A stretch of 64,000 nt of DNA from Eledone cirrhosa (taxonomy: Eukaryota). Both the position numbers and the translations under genes were made by a program. The stretch is taken from assembly GCA_964016885.1 (NCBI GenBank), contig OZ024748.1, positions 55,924,001 through 55,988,000 of the forward strand. Direction: 5' to 3'. Positions 43,254 through 59,194 of the stretch are shown in pieces (position 1 is the stretch's first letter; each line of letters begins with the position of its first letter). The notes below the pieces were generated by a model that saw only the letters and a list, made by a program, of their open reading frames with translations, had not been told where the DNA came from and ran no database searches.

Positions 43254-43698
43254 TATATATAATGATGGTAGATTTTGATGATGATGACCAGGGTTGTGGA
43301 CGTTGCTGATCAACTTCAATAGGTGAAGGAAGAGGAGGGTAATTATGATGTGGGATATAGTGGGAGTAATGATAGAGTTGATTTGTATTGTTAATAGCTT
43401 CTGCGCGGCAAGAAATATGTGATCTTTAATATTCAAATGAATAAACAACCGAATAAATAATTGTTAACTATTTTAAAAAGAATTCGTCAATCATAATCGA
43501 CAGCTAAAGGACCTTATTACAGTTTAATCTATTAACTGTTACCTTTTTCTCTATCATTTACGCACCAGATGTCGATTGGAAGTTTAAAATGTGTTTAAAT
43601 ATATGTATGTGTGGTTATTTAGAGAGATGTATAAAGTGTGTGAGTGAATGTGTAGCAAACAATAGGATTATTATGTGAGATAGAGAGATATATATTGT

Positions 43699-43738
<40 letters not shown>

Positions 43739-44197
43739 CAGAGAGAAGACTGTTGGTATAAATAAATCAGCATTCTTTATCATCTACATCGGAAATCCTC
43801 TATACATAGCTATGTATCTATGTTTGCGTGTGGAAGTATATACATCCGTCGAAACGTGTCGTATCTGGTGTAAACATCAACAATACCAATGACAAGCGGA
43901 ATCAAAGGCCAACATAAACATCAAGTAAAACTGAACTTTGATTCTCAATGTGCTACGTATAGGAACTAAATCCCAACAAATATGATTCTGTAATTGAATA
44001 GAATGACAAAATTTGGGAATGACATATCAGACAATGTGCTTGTAGATGAATGGAGTATCTTATTTTTATCTCGAACTTGCTTCTTCTGGATTGTGCTGCG
44101 GCTGAACTAGCGAACAGAGACGGACGGAACAAATAGACATGTACTATTTGAGACTAGCAAACTACGATGGAATCACACAAACAGAAATAAATAAATA

Positions 44198-44803
44198 ACT
44201 GTTTCTATGTTTGGCACAAGGCCAGCAACTATTCCAGTGCATTATTGGTACTTTATTTTCTCGATCCCGTAAGGATGAAACTCAAAGTTAACGTCAGCAG
44301 GATTTGAACGCAGGCTGTAAAGGGGCGTAACTCTATCTTGCAAAGCATGGCATCCGACCCTCTACTGATACTGCCAATCCAGCAAAGGAATAAATAATTG
44401 TTTCTGCTTTTGGCACAAGTACAGCAATTATCCCAGTACATTACTAGTACTATATTTTATCGACCCCGTGGGGATGAAAGGTAAAGTTAACCTCGGTGCG
44501 ATTTGAACTCAGACCGTAAAGGGGCGTAACTCTATGCAGCAAAGCATGGTGTCCGACTCTCTACTGATACTGCCAATCCACCAAAGGAATAAATAATGCA
44601 AGTATAAAAAAAGTGTGTTGTAAGGTGTGTAGTAAAAAACAGACAAACAATTTGGCAAAAATGTTAACTGACAAACTTGAGAGATACAGAGAAAAAAACG
44701 GAGCGTAAAATAAAAGCGTCTCTTCGATATATTAGACTGCTGCACGGAACATTGTTGCAAAGCCCATATACATGCTTAGGTATACACACACGCATACACA
44801 CAA

Positions 44804-44843
<40 letters not shown>

Positions 44844-45046
44844 CCTCTCTCAAGAGTGAAACTAATAATTGTTTCTACTTTTGGCACAAGGCCAGCAATT
44901 AATTAACCAGTAGATTACTGGTACTTTATTTTATCGACCCCGTAAGGATGAAAGGCAAAGTTAACCTCAGCGGGATTTGAACTCAGATCGTAACTACACT
45001 GAAAAGTCTGTCCCACCTTTCTACTAATACTGCCAATCCACCGCCG
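44198..45046 (-). mobile_element. Three SINE S1 copies (44198-44383, 44395-44584, 44866-45046)
   Basis: Reverse complement of full S1; the first two are tandem and share a few flanking bases (caaaggaataaataat). Confidence 0.85.
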
Positions 45047-45121
45047 TAAGCGTGAAACTAATAATATTTGTACTGCCTCTTCGCTTCCAGTTGTTTTTTG
45101 TTTTGTGTTTACTGTCTCAAC

Positions 45122-45214
<93 letters not shown>

Positions 45215-45215
<1 letters not shown>

Positions 45216-45425
45216 TGGAGGCACGTGGCCTACTGGTAAGGGTTTTGGATCATAATGTCGTGGGTCCGATTCCTGGGTTGCATCTTGTGTTCTTGTGCAA
45301 AATATTTCATATCACGTTGTTCCATTATACTCAGCTGAAAATGAGTACCAGTCGAGGGTTTAACTGGCGTCCTGTCCATGAGGGCTTCTTGCACTATCAG
45401 TCGCTTCACGCAATGAAACCGGGAT
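45215..45425 (+). mobile_element. SINE S2
   Basis: GGCACGTGGCCTACTGGTAAG head, GGTCCGATTCC, ttgtgttcttgtgcaaaat..actcagctgaaaatgagtacc core. Confidence 0.65.
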
Positions 45426-45718
45426 AAGCATATATATATATTAGGATGGGTTCAGTGAGAAAATGGTATGACCTTTACTCACCAGAGTACTTGATACTTG
45501 GCGTAGTAGAGTATGGTTACATGAATAATTCGGGACCCCGAGGGCTTAGCTTTTGCTGGTTCAGCAGCTAGTAGATATATATATTGATATATAATTGTCG
45601 ATTATCGATTCACGAACGTAATTCGTTCCTGCATACCGTCCATCACCCGAAATGTCCGCAGAGCGAAATTATATTTTGAAAGAGAATTGCGGAGGAGAGA
45701 GAGAGAGAGAGAGAGAGG

Positions 45719-45796
<78 letters not shown>

Positions 45797-45993
45797 CTAT
45801 GTGTGAAAGATAGATAGATATCACCATAGTAACCAACTAAAAGGCTAGTGACACTTTTCTGCCGATACTTCAAGTTAGTTGCTATCCGTTGTTGTCGGCT
45901 GGCGTGTTTGTTACACGAGACACCATTCGTGAACCAAGACGTTTTATATTCGAAAAAGTTGTTTATGATGAGAGGCCTTCGTGAATCAAAGTT

Positions 45994-46035
<42 letters not shown>

Positions 46036-46424
46036 AATATATATATATGGTAATATACATGAAAAATTATAAATGGATTTTTATAAGTGCTTAGGGTGAG
46101 GCATAAGTCTCAGAAAAGCACACATCAGCATTAAGAAAGTACAACAGCAAAAAGTACATCAAAGACAGCATCATCAGCATCATCAGCAGCATAGATTATT
46201 AAATATTGTTGTAGTTTTTTCTAAGAACAGGAAATAATACAGGCACCCAAAAATACATCAAACAAAATATGTAGATGCGATGAAACAAACAGTATCCAAT
46301 GCAAACTTTACAACGTTTGAGGTTCAATTGGAACTTGTCTGGATATATTAAAAGAGAGTCATAAATGAAAGAATACGAAGGAGGTAGATTAAATAAAAAA
46401 AGAGATAGATTGAGAGAGGGTGAG

Positions 46425-46463
<39 letters not shown>

Positions 46464-47067
46464 ATATTAGAGAGAGAGGGGGCGGGCAAGAAGGCTTGAC
46501 ATGGGGGGGGGAGTATACAAAAGGTTCAGAAAATAGGGAATGTCGGTGCGTATATATAAATGCTAGTGAAAAAAAAGCGATGTTTCTTTCTATAAATATG
46601 TGTATAATTAATTTTATGCAAACGTGTGCGTATGCATGTTTTGTGTATATACATACAAATATATGTATATACCTATATATACATACATACATACATATAT
46701 ATATGGTTATACCTATATATATTCCTATATATATATATAGCACGCACATTTGGTGTGCGTGTATTTAAAGTGAACGTAAAAAGCTAAATCTAAAAAGATT
46801 GCGTGTCAAAGTATAAAAACTGTGACAAAATTTTCATATTTCGTCAATTTCTTTTATTAATACTTAGAATCTCTGGTTTTATTTAAATTATTTATTTTTT
46901 GACTGTTAATATTTTTGTTCCATTGTTCCTTACTTTTTTATTAAATATATGGTCTGTCTTTTTTTTTACCTTTGTATATATGTATATTTATTCATATATA
47001 TAATATCTATATATATATAAATGTATATTGATATACATATATATAAATATATATATATATATATATC

Positions 47068-47135
<68 letters not shown>

Positions 47136-47290
47136 CATACACACACACATATATATAAATATATATTGATATACATATATCTGTATATATATATATATAC
47201 ACACACATATATATAAATATATATTGATATACATATATAAACACACACATATATATATATACGTATATATATATATACATATATATACAT

Positions 47291-47323
<33 letters not shown>

Positions 47324-47341
47324 CATATACATATACACACG

Positions 47342-47439
<98 letters not shown>

Positions 47440-47457
47440 TATATACATATATATTCT

Positions 47458-47511
<54 letters not shown>

Positions 47512-47741
47512 CACATGTGTGTATGTGTGGAAATATGTAAGTGTCTGTGTTCACATGTATTTAGATCTATATAAATTATAGTGCAAATGTGTATATATAC
47601 ACTCGCTCGCGCATATATACACATATACTAATTATGCATATATATATAAATATACACACATATATTCATATGTATATACATATATATATACACATATACA
47701 TATATATATACATTTATATATTTATATATTTATATATATAT

Positions 47742-47776
<35 letters not shown>

Positions 47777-48507
47777 CATATTTACTTGCCTTTTTTATAT
47801 TTTCCTTTTAATTATTTTCTTTTCCTATTCTTCATATTTTTTCCATCTTTACTTTTATATTTCAACTCCTTTATTTATTATTCATTTTTTTAATTTCATT
47901 TCTTTTATTATATAACTGTTTTTATTTTTTGCTTCTTTGTTGTTTATCATGCTGAAGTCGTTTCTGTTGTTGTTATATTGGGTCCCTACTTGTTAGAGGT
48001 AGCGTGATATTGTGTCAAAAATTCCTTCAAAGAAATCGACAGTAAATAAAGATGAGACTTCAAAGACATATATTCGGCATCCCATTTATCATTACACTAA
48101 ATATCTTCAATGCATCCAAACGAATCTTCAACTTCTTGAATAATTACTAACCCCGTGGGCTACACTCACACAGATAACTTGCTACTTTAATAGATTCTAA
48201 TTAACAAGTAAAAATATTTTTCTTCATCATTTTTCTCCTCATTTTCTACGTCTCCTTCGTCTTCTTCATCTGCTTTCTTTCCATTATATTTTCATCCAGC
48301 CATCACCACACCTACCACTTCTCCCATTCCACATTTCCAATCCTATTGCTATTCCATATTTCAAATTTATGATTTCATTCAGCCTTTTATTTTTATTGCT
48401 ATTGAATTTCATTCTCCTTCTTCTTATTATTAATCCTTATTATTATTAATATTCATTGTTATTATTAAGAATCACTGTTGTTGTTGTTGTTATTATTATC
48501 ATCATCA

Positions 48508-48551
<44 letters not shown>

Positions 48552-48814
48552 TTTATTTTTTTTATTTTTTATCATGAACCTAGTGTAAAAATGAATGCAT
48601 TGGTGGTGATTGTTTCGTTGACGAAATTCGTGCTGATCTGAATGATGATGTTGGTAATAGTGATATTAATGATGGTCGTGAAGGAGATGGTGTGTCAGTG
48701 GCGGTGGGGGTTTATTACATGTGTAGTTGAAACATATCTGTGAGATTGTCGTTTACGACATTGCATAATCATAATAATGATAATAATGATTTTTAATTCA
48801 GGCACAAGGCCACA

Positions 48815-49385
48815 AATGTTTTGAGGGAAGGAGTATGTTACGTAGATTACGCTGACCCGAGTCTATTACTGGTAATTTATATCTCAAAGCGGAAAGAAGA
48901 AAAAGCAAATTGGATCTTGAATGGATTGAAAACAAATATTTAGAGCCACAGAAATACAGAAATGCATCTTTCCAACGCTCTCGTGATTCTCCCATAATAA
49001 TTCTTTCTAGTTTTGGCACAATGCGACCGTAAGGATGAAAGGCAAATTTAACCTCGGCAGGATTTGAACGCAGACCATAAAGGGCCGTAACTCTATGCTG
49101 CAAAGCATGGCGTCCGACCATCTACCGATACTGCCAATCCACCACCCTCCCGATTCTCCCGTAATAATGATAATAATGGTGTCGGATTTAGGTACAAGGC
49201 CAACAGTTTTAAGAGAGCGGAAAGTCGATTAAATCGACATTAATGAATAACCGGTACTTAATTTGATCGGCACCCTAAGAACGACAGGCAAAACTAACTA
49301 GGGCGGGATTTGAAATCATCGCAAAGGGCCGTAACTATGTCCCAAAGCATGATGTTCGATGCTCTATTGATACTGCCAATCAATC
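48815..49385 (-). mobile_element. Cluster of SINE S1 copies of differing divergence
   Basis: 49003-49148 near consensus; ~48820-48945 and ~49185-49385 diverged. Confidence 0.75.
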
Positions 49386-50321
49386 AGACTCTTCGTCCTC
49401 GCTACTAATAATAGTGATAATATAAATAATATCAATAATGGTAATAATTAAATAATGACGAAAGTCAGACTTTTAGCAGTATACAAAATTTGATAAAGGC
49501 CCAATGGTACGACTACCAAAGAAGGCAAATCTGTAATCGCCTAAAGTCCAACGTTTACCTTTACTACTACGGGCATGTATACCAGTTCTTTATTTGTACT
49601 TTTATTGATCCTGAAATGGTGAATTGCACATTTATGCTCCTTAGGGATTGAACTCATTACATAAATATTGCAATGAAACGCCGCATTGATTTCATTTTGT
49701 CTGCCTAATTCAATTATTTTTACATGTTTACGCCTATTTACAGTAAGTAATAATGATGTCACTAATGTGCATGTGTTAACAATTATTATTAGTTTACGCT
49801 ATTATATTCCGACATTTTAAACTCAACATACATCTGAACATATTAAACTCATTACAATTTATTTTTAAATACTCTTAGTGTTGATAGAAATTTTAACATC
49901 TTACAATTCGGTTCATGTCGAGAGATTTAACGGCCAACAAACAGAAACATACACATATGAAAATAATACGGCAAATATTGGTAAGTTCTTTTCTACTGTG
50001 GATTATTATAGTCGTCAGAACGATAAAAAATATACTTTAGAACGTAAGCTCAAACTGTTAAAGAGGGAAAACACACCAAAACGACGAAAAACTTAAATAG
50101 CAAATTATGTGGACTACATTGGATATATGAGGATAGAAGCATGTGAAACTGTGAAACTGTGAAGAGACTGTGAAACTGTGAAGTGTGAAGAATGTGAAAC
50201 TGTGCACCTGGCACAGTTTCACATTCTTCTTCACAGTTTCAATGCCACGCTAACATTTATTAGCCTGAAGCAAACATGCATGAGATGCTCGGCATTTTCA
50301 CAAAGTATATTCCACTAATAA

Positions 50322-50539
50322 TAGTTTCTTATATAGACACAAGGGCAGCAATTTTGTGGGAGGGGAAAGTCGATTAAATCAAAACCAGTGCGTGACTGGT
50401 ACTTTATTTTATCGACCCAGTAAGGATGAAAGGCAAAGTTAACCTCGGCGGGATGTGAACTCAGATCATAAAGGGCCGTAACTATATACTGCAAAGCATG
50501 GCGTCGGACCCTCTACCGATACTGCCAATCCACCGCCCT
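50322..50539 (-). mobile_element. Full-length SINE S1 variant
   Basis: Reverse complement of head, B box, core and tail. Confidence 0.85.
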
Positions 50540-51643
50540 TATATTCCCTAAATAATACGTTTTCTAACTTGAACAACTTCATACATACCTGACTAGTCAC
50601 TGTTTGGGGCTAAATTCTATTGAAGGCAACCCTTGTCTTCTAAAACTAAATAATACCGATTCTAATTAATACCTAGATGCATAAATACCTGTGATATCTA
50701 GCAGAGATATTTACCGTAGAAAGGGGTGGACGTATGGTATACTCTTGTACTATATAACTGTAAACCAAATATATTGTAGCTGAAATAACTTTATGAAGAG
50801 ATCTTAATAAGGTTGCTCAGTTTATCACTACCCTCCCACCTCTAGGTTGAAGTAAGCAGAATTCACAATGTTGCAAGCATTTAGACTTGGTGACCAATCA
50901 TTGAATTAGTTCCCCTCACTTATCTCGAATGTTCTGAAACTATTAGGAAAAGATGCATGTGAAAGAATACAAATATAATGTTCTTTCACAAACAAAATGA
51001 TTTTATGAAGCCCAGGAATTTTCCGAAGGGAAATTCCGTTGTATAATTTGGACAAATTGAGAACCCATGTACTTTAGTACCACTCGAAAACTAGAGATGT
51101 CTCTCTTTCGTTAGTGTTTAGCTTTAAAAGCTTTTTGTCGAAGGAAAGAAATATTAGGTGTAAATATTGAGTCTGATCGGCGAGTTATTGCACAGAATGT
51201 GTGACGTTAGAATTCATTATTACATCAATCCCAACTGCTCGATCGTTTGTTACTCATTCTTAACCTCGTATAGGATTTGCACTATTAAAATGAAGGGACA
51301 TAATTACGAATTGCAAAGATTTTCGCTTAGACAACATCTACTGTAATATCTATTACATTCACATAGTTTCGTAGGAAAATTAGATCAAACCGACGCAGAC
51401 CTTCAATAGTTCTTCATTTTAACAACTATGTAAGGATGAATGGCAACATCATATGCATGAAGGGCAAACACCCAACGTAAAGTACCGCAACTAAATACCC
51501 CTACCGATGCGCTGAACGTGTGTGACATATTAGTCCAGCCATCGACTTGAAACTCTGGTACAGACACTACACTTGTGACAATTATTGACACATAGTGTTG
51601 GGCCCATGGTACCATGTGACGACAAGTGCAGAGTGATCTCCGG

Positions 51644-52442
<799 letters not shown>

Positions 52443-52476
52443 AGATTTGAATGGATACAGTTTAGTTGAAAGGAAT

Positions 52477-52593
52477 TTATTGACACGTGTTTCTATAACA
52501 GTTACATAACCTAAAACAGCTATCTACAAACTTTTAGTTATGCAGACATTCAATATTTCAATGTTATTATTTACTGTCATTTCATCAGAATAA
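52477..52593 (-). ncRNA. Type I hammerhead with long loop II (left pLTR)
   Basis: Reverse complement of 55162-55278. Confidence 0.65.
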
Positions 52594-53135
52594 TATTACT
52601 GAGGACCTGTTTAGTTTTTATAGAGAATATTAGGAGGGAGGGGTGAAGTTGTTAGAAGAATAGTTGAAGGAGTGGTTTTTCGATAGCAGTGAGAATTCTT
52701 GGTGGCAGTGAGTAATTAGATTCCCATCTGTTGTTTTGACATTTTTTATAGAATATATTATTGGTTATTTTTCTAAATCTATAGAAGGATTAGAGATAGT
52801 AAAGATATGCGTGGTTGGTTTTGTGTTTGCACTTAATTAACATTCAGACTTAAATTTTTCTTTCAAGTGTACGTATCCTTTCATCCACGCATTCACACAC
52901 AAATATATTTGCACACCTCTACAAAATACATATACTCACAATTCACATATTCATACTTACATATATATACACATGCATGTATTCATGTACATACATACGC
53001 GCTCATGTGTATACGTTTTCATACTCAACTTATCTTTATATACACACGTATAGACACACATATATACATACATACTCTAGTCCATGTGTACACACATACA
53101 CATACTTACACATCCATATACTCATATATACATAC

Positions 53136-53224
<89 letters not shown>

Positions 53225-53547
53225 TACATACACATACATACACACACACATACATATATATATACATATATATATATAAGCACTTTAATACATGAATATA
53301 CTTACATCTAACTATACACATCAAACATATATATATATTTACTTATTTATATACATTTTCACATATATATACATACTTATGGACGTTTTTAGACACATTC
53401 ATTATCGCATATTTGTACCTATTCTCATCAGCATATCTTTTCATTATTAGTATGGTAATTTAAGGTTATTAATATATGTTGAGAAGAGATTGTTTTTATA
53501 TTTTTCTAACTAGATTAAGGTTTATATAGTTGGGGGATGTCCCTCTT

Positions 53548-54165
53548 TTATGTAATATTCGGCTTGTAGTGGGAAAAAAGGGTTTTAGTTCTGTGACGGC
53601 AGAATAATGTTCGTTCAATTCTGTTATTCAGCAGTTTCTTCTTGTGTGTGATTATGTAATAAATCTCAAGATTACACAATTTGCAGAAATTTTGGCTCCT
53701 GGAAAAGCTTTGGGTTTTAGCTAATTTTTCCCATTTTAGGGTAAACTTTTGGTCGCTATCTCTGAGCGTCCAAGCTTTTTCTGCTAAAGTTGTTACATTT
53801 CTTTGGTTCTGGTGTTTTATTGAGTAAGAATGCCTATACAATCGAGATTTAAACGATGTTGCCGTTGATCCCACGTAATACCACTCGTTGCCTCCGGATT
53901 TAATGGTACACTTATAAATAATATTTTTTTCCAGGCAGTTATTGCCGAGGGGGCAGTTGTCAGGATAGGTGCAGTTACAGTTGAGTACGTTGGGTTTTCT
54001 CTGGAGTAGTATTGCGGACGAACTTAGGTGTGGTTTATTTATGTTCTGTAGTGTATTGTCTACTGTTTTTTTTGTGTTCTTTGTACTTAAGTTCTTAGTG
54101 TTTTCGTTTAACCTTCTAGTATTGATCTTTTTTATGTGTTGTTCAAGGTTTAACGCTGTAGAGTA
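53548..54165 (-). CDS. Penelope-type GIY-YIG endonuclease domain (5'-truncated ORF, no RT)
   Basis: CNC....CPL..NCL..NIIYKC.....YYVGST..FKSRL..H..S....W....CKLC.LE..LLNNR.E..CRHRTK, uninterrupted. The first ~23 aa of the listed ORF (54166-54237) come from the inverted arm. Confidence 0.9.
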   Translation of the reverse strand, partial: YSTALNLEQHIKKINTRRLNENTKNLSTKNTKKTVDNTLQNINKPHLSSSAILLQRKPNVLNCNCTYPDNCPLGNNCLEKNIIYKCTIKSGGNEWYYVGSTATSFKSRLYRHSYSIKHQNQRNVTTLAEKAWTLRDSDQKFTLKWEKLAKTQSFSRSQNFCKLCNLEIYYIITHKKKLLNNRIERTLFCRHRTKTLFSHYKPNIT

Positions 54166-54331
54166 TGCCGTCACAGAACTAAAACCCTTTTTTCCCACTA
54201 CAAGCCGAATATTACATAAAAGAGGGACATCCCCCAACTATATAAACCTTAATCTAGTTAGAAAAATATAAAAACAATCTCTTCTCAACATATATTAATA
54301 ACCTTAAATTACCATACTAATAATGAAAAGA

Positions 54332-54389
54332 TATGCTGATGAGAATAGGTACAAATATGCGATAATGAATGTGTCTAAAAACGTCCATA
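54332..54389 (+). ncRNA. Degenerate hammerhead (GAAA>AAAA); mirror copy at 53378-53435(-)
   Basis: tatg-CTGATGA-...-AAAA-cg-TC-cata. Confidence 0.4.
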
Positions 54390-54542
54390 AGTATGTATAT
54401 ATATGTGAAAATGTATATAAATAAGTAAATATATATATATGTTTGATGTGTATAGTTAGATGTAAGTATATTCATGTATTAAAGTGCTTATATATATATA
54501 TGTATATATATATGTATGTGTGTGTGTATGTATGTGTATGTA

Positions 54543-54617
<75 letters not shown>

Positions 54618-55161
54618 GTATGTATATATGAGTATATGGATGTGTAAGTATGTGTATGTGTGTACACATGGACTAGAGTATGTATGTATATATGTGTGTG
54701 TCTATACGTGTGTATATAAAGATAAGTTGAGTATGAAAACGTATACACATGAGCGCGTATGTATGTACATGAATACATGCATGTGTATATATATGTAAGT
54801 ATGAATATGTGAATTGTGAGTATATGTATTTTGTAGAGGTGTGCAAATATATTTGTGTGTGAATGCGTGGGTGAAAGGATACGTACACTTGAAAGAAAAA
54901 TTTAAGTCTGAATGTTAATTAAGTGCAAACACAAAACCAACCACGCATATCTTTACTATCTCTAATCCTTCTATAGATTTAGAAAAATAACCAATAATAT
55001 ATTCTATAAAAAATGTCAAAACAACAGATGGGAATCTAATTACTCACTGCCACCAAGAATTCTCACTGCTATCGAAAAACCACTCCTTCAACTATTCTTC
55101 TAACAACTTCACCCCTCCCTCCTAATATTCTCTATAAAAACTAAACAGGTCCTCAGTAATA

Positions 55162-55278
55162 TTATTCTGATGAAATGACAGTAAATAATAACATTGAAAT
55201 ATTGAATGTCTGCATAACTAAAAGTTTGTAGATAGCTGTTTTAGGTTATGTAACTGTTATAGAAACACGTGTCAATAA
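55162..55278 (+). ncRNA. Type I hammerhead with long loop II (right pLTR)
   Basis: ttatt-CTGATGA-a-atgacagt...actgttat-a-GAAA-cacgtg-TC-aataa. Palindromic stem III; the 3' strand of stem I overlaps AATAAA. Confidence 0.65.
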
Positions 55279-55425
55279 ATTCCGTTCAACTAAACTGTAT
55301 CCATTCAAATCTTTCTATTTTTCTCCGGATTACTTTTGGAACTACAACTGGAACCGTCGAGCAAACTCTACGTGAGCTGATAATCTACTGTGTGTAATAT
55401 ATATATTACAACACAACGGAAAATA

Positions 55426-55463
<38 letters not shown>

Positions 55464-57419
55464 TACATATATAAATATGTATATCTCTCTATATATATAT
55501 ATATAATATATATACATATATAAATATATATCTCAATATATTTCTGTTATTGACAGTAGCAAGTATCAACATCATCATGTATACATATATGTATTTTGTT
55601 TTGTGTGGTGTGTGTGTGTTTCTCAGTGAAATATTACACTTGAACCTGATATTGATGGCCAATCCTTATAGTTATTAATGTAGTTATTAATTTTTGACAA
55701 TAACTCACTTATTTGACAGCTGTAATTAAATCAGTTACTTGGGAGTGTCTTTATTTTGTAGGAGACGTCATCGGTATTTTCATATAAAGGCTTTTTCTAG
55801 ATAAAGCCTGGAGTTATAGAAAACAAATAAAGAGGAACAAAACCGTAATACTATTTAAATAAAGAATATTTTTCGATTTTATATTAAATGAAATAATCGC
55901 TTCTCTTTTACTGTTTTATTTGTAAAGGTAGGGCAAATTTAAACTAAAGTGCGTCGTGTTTTGCATTGTAAAACTTACATTTCTTTCATCGACCTCATTT
56001 CAAATGCAGCAAATCGAATTATAAATCAATCAATCATCCTAAATCCATGCAGTAATTCTGAATATGATGCATCAAATATGATAGTCACAAATTCTAGATA
56101 CGATACACACTGCACATTTTCCTCTGTTTTTTGTTTTACTTGTAATAAACTAGCGTGATATTTAACACAATACTTCAACCTATACTATCGTAATTTATAT
56201 ATTATAAATGTTAAATTTATCTGATAGGGCCTATAATTAAAGGTTTTCTAGGACTGACCTTCTCGTCACTGTTGTATATTCGGTACTATGTTTTTCATAC
56301 GTATGTTATATAATCTAGAATGGTGTAGTTGTGAGCGTTATTTAAAGAAGGAAATGCTATTGCGCAATCTCTTCCATTGGTCCATGCAAAATAACTTGGT
56401 ATTTTCTGATGTTTTCGTATAGTACTAATTATTTTGTTTTATCGAATACTCGGGTGTTTAACGCGATATAACATGCACTATCATATTCTGCCATATTCAC
56501 TAAATGAATAATATTAATTATGTCGACCCAATATGGCTGGTTAATCCCAGCAAGATTTGTACTCTGAAATAGTGTCTTTCAATATGAGACTAATACAGCT
56601 ACTATTCATCGAGCTAAATTTAATTAGATTGGATAGTTATAATTGTAATACGAGCCGGTCCTTGTGTGCTAAGCACCCTAGACTATCTCTTCAATTTGCA
56701 AACACTTCTGCAAAGTATGCCGCCCATTATCTATTAGATTGCTTTGTGATGTACATTAACATTATCTGTGCTAAAAGATCACATCCCTTATAGGGAAAAC
56801 TTTAGGTTTCGCCATCTCGGTTGCAATGAATGAAAAGACATTTTAATACTGCAGTGGATTCTTGCTCTATTCTACTTTCTCATCTTCTCTCTCACATCCA
56901 TGCACTCTCTCTGTTTCTGGTACACCCACACCTACATACACTCCCCACTCTCTCTCTCTCTTTCCTCTCTCTCTTTCTGTACAAATTCAGCTGTAATCTC
57001 GTCGCGGGGAGAGGTTTCAACTTATGTCCCCAATATACTAATGTCAGGTTAAACGTTCATAACAGACTACGAAGGAGGGATGCTAGAGCAGTGAACATTT
57101 GGGTGAATCAATTTCAAATCGTCCATTTGATTACTGTCATTTTTTCTTTCTAGAGACTATGTTGAAAAAATAAACCACATTTAGTCATTCCATGAGGGTG
57201 TCTTTTTCAGCCTATCAACTTTGTATCATATGAACTTTTCAGCCGACCCTCATACGTCGTAAGCTGTGACGGTTCACCTACGACTCCATCACACATTAAG
57301 TGTCTATGGCAGAGAGTACTTGAGTCGATATAATATTCTTTTCATTCCAACCAAATTTATGGCTTTATGCCTGTTTTCGAACTTGTTATTAATATCAAAT
57401 ATTTAATTAAAAGCAGTTG

Positions 57420-57615
57420 ATAATCGGAATCGGTAGAGCGTCGAACACAATGCCTTACTGTATTTAGTTACGTCTCATTACATGTTAAGTTCAAATCACT
57501 TCCATGTCGATTATGACTTTCATCCTTTCGGGGTTAGCAATGTTAAAGACGAGTCAAGTAGTGGTGTCGAATAATATCGACCTAACCCTTTCCCTTTCAA
57601 ATTTATGATCTGGTG
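57420..57615 (+). mobile_element. Old diverged SINE S1
   Basis: atcggtagagcgtcg..aagttcaaatc..ctttcatcctttcgggg. Confidence 0.6.
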
Positions 57616-58230
57616 TCTGTGATACATATCCTTATTTGTTTTCTTTGCTATTTCATTCTTGTCATATTTTTTTAATGCTTTAGGGCTGCTTCTATTTCTA
57701 CTGTTACTGCATTTTATTTTAATGTCTTGAATTGCTAGATAATGTAATTCTATTCTAATCTGCACAATTATAATGCAGTTTGTTTTCAAGCCTCATTAAA
57801 TCAAAAAAGTGCCATTAAAAAGTTATAGACGTGAGAAACAAGAATTAACAAAGATATATATAGAAAAGAAAACAAAATGAAACAAAATATAATATAAATA
57901 ATAATATGGCTAAATGCAAAAATTAACTAAAGATAGTTTGCTCTTCAAATTTTAATATGCATCTTGCTTTCAGGTCAGTAACTAACGTTTAGGGAGCTCC
58001 ATGTAGATCAACGAATATATTGATAATAAAGGGTATAAAGTGATCATGTTCAAGCATGTATATATATATATATACATACATATATCTATGTATATATATA
58101 TACATATATACATACATATATCTATGTATATATAAATATATACATATATACATACATATATCTATGTATATATATATATATACATGTATGTCTATATATA
58201 TATCTATGTATATATATATATATACATATA

Positions 58231-58336
<106 letters not shown>

Positions 58337-58523
58337 GACAAGCACATATATATATATATATACATACATATATCTATGTATATATATACATAGATATATG
58401 TCTATATATATATATATACATACATACATGTATATTTATATGTATATACATACATATATGCATATATATATACATATATGTATATATACATGCATATATA
58501 TATATATATACATATGTGTATAT

Positions 58524-58570
<47 letters not shown>

Positions 58571-59028
58571 TGTGTGTATGTATATATATATACATATATG
58601 TATATATATATATGTATAAATATATATCAATAAATATATATCATATACACACGTGTGTGTGTGTGTGTGTGTTATTTTTGTTATACCTATGCATCGCATC
58701 TCTCCCTGCATGCGTAAATCTATATATGCAGAGTAGAAAATGAGAAAAAAAATTCAATCTTACATTTTCCAGAGAGGAATTTGTTAAGGACGCAGGATGA
58801 TCAAACACAAAATATTGCTGCGCCAGATATCTCGACACTAATTAAAACTTTAATACTTACTAATAAAATCATATAAGCATGTATATATAAGTGTTAGCTC
58901 ATGTATACAAATCTATCTTTCTATATATATGTGTGTGTGTATGTGTTTATGAATTCTTGCATATACGAATATATGTCTTTCTTTTTCGAATGATATATAT
59001 ATATATATATATATATACACGTACGTCT

Positions 59029-59114
<86 letters not shown>

Positions 59115-59139
59115 CTTACGCCGCGTTTATATTGATAAT

Positions 59140-59194
<55 letters not shown>

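Noticed and set aside
54166-54237. N-terminus MGDVPLL... of the 229-aa ORF as a true start
   Set aside because: It is the antisense reading of the inverted arm, not part of the original PLE protein.
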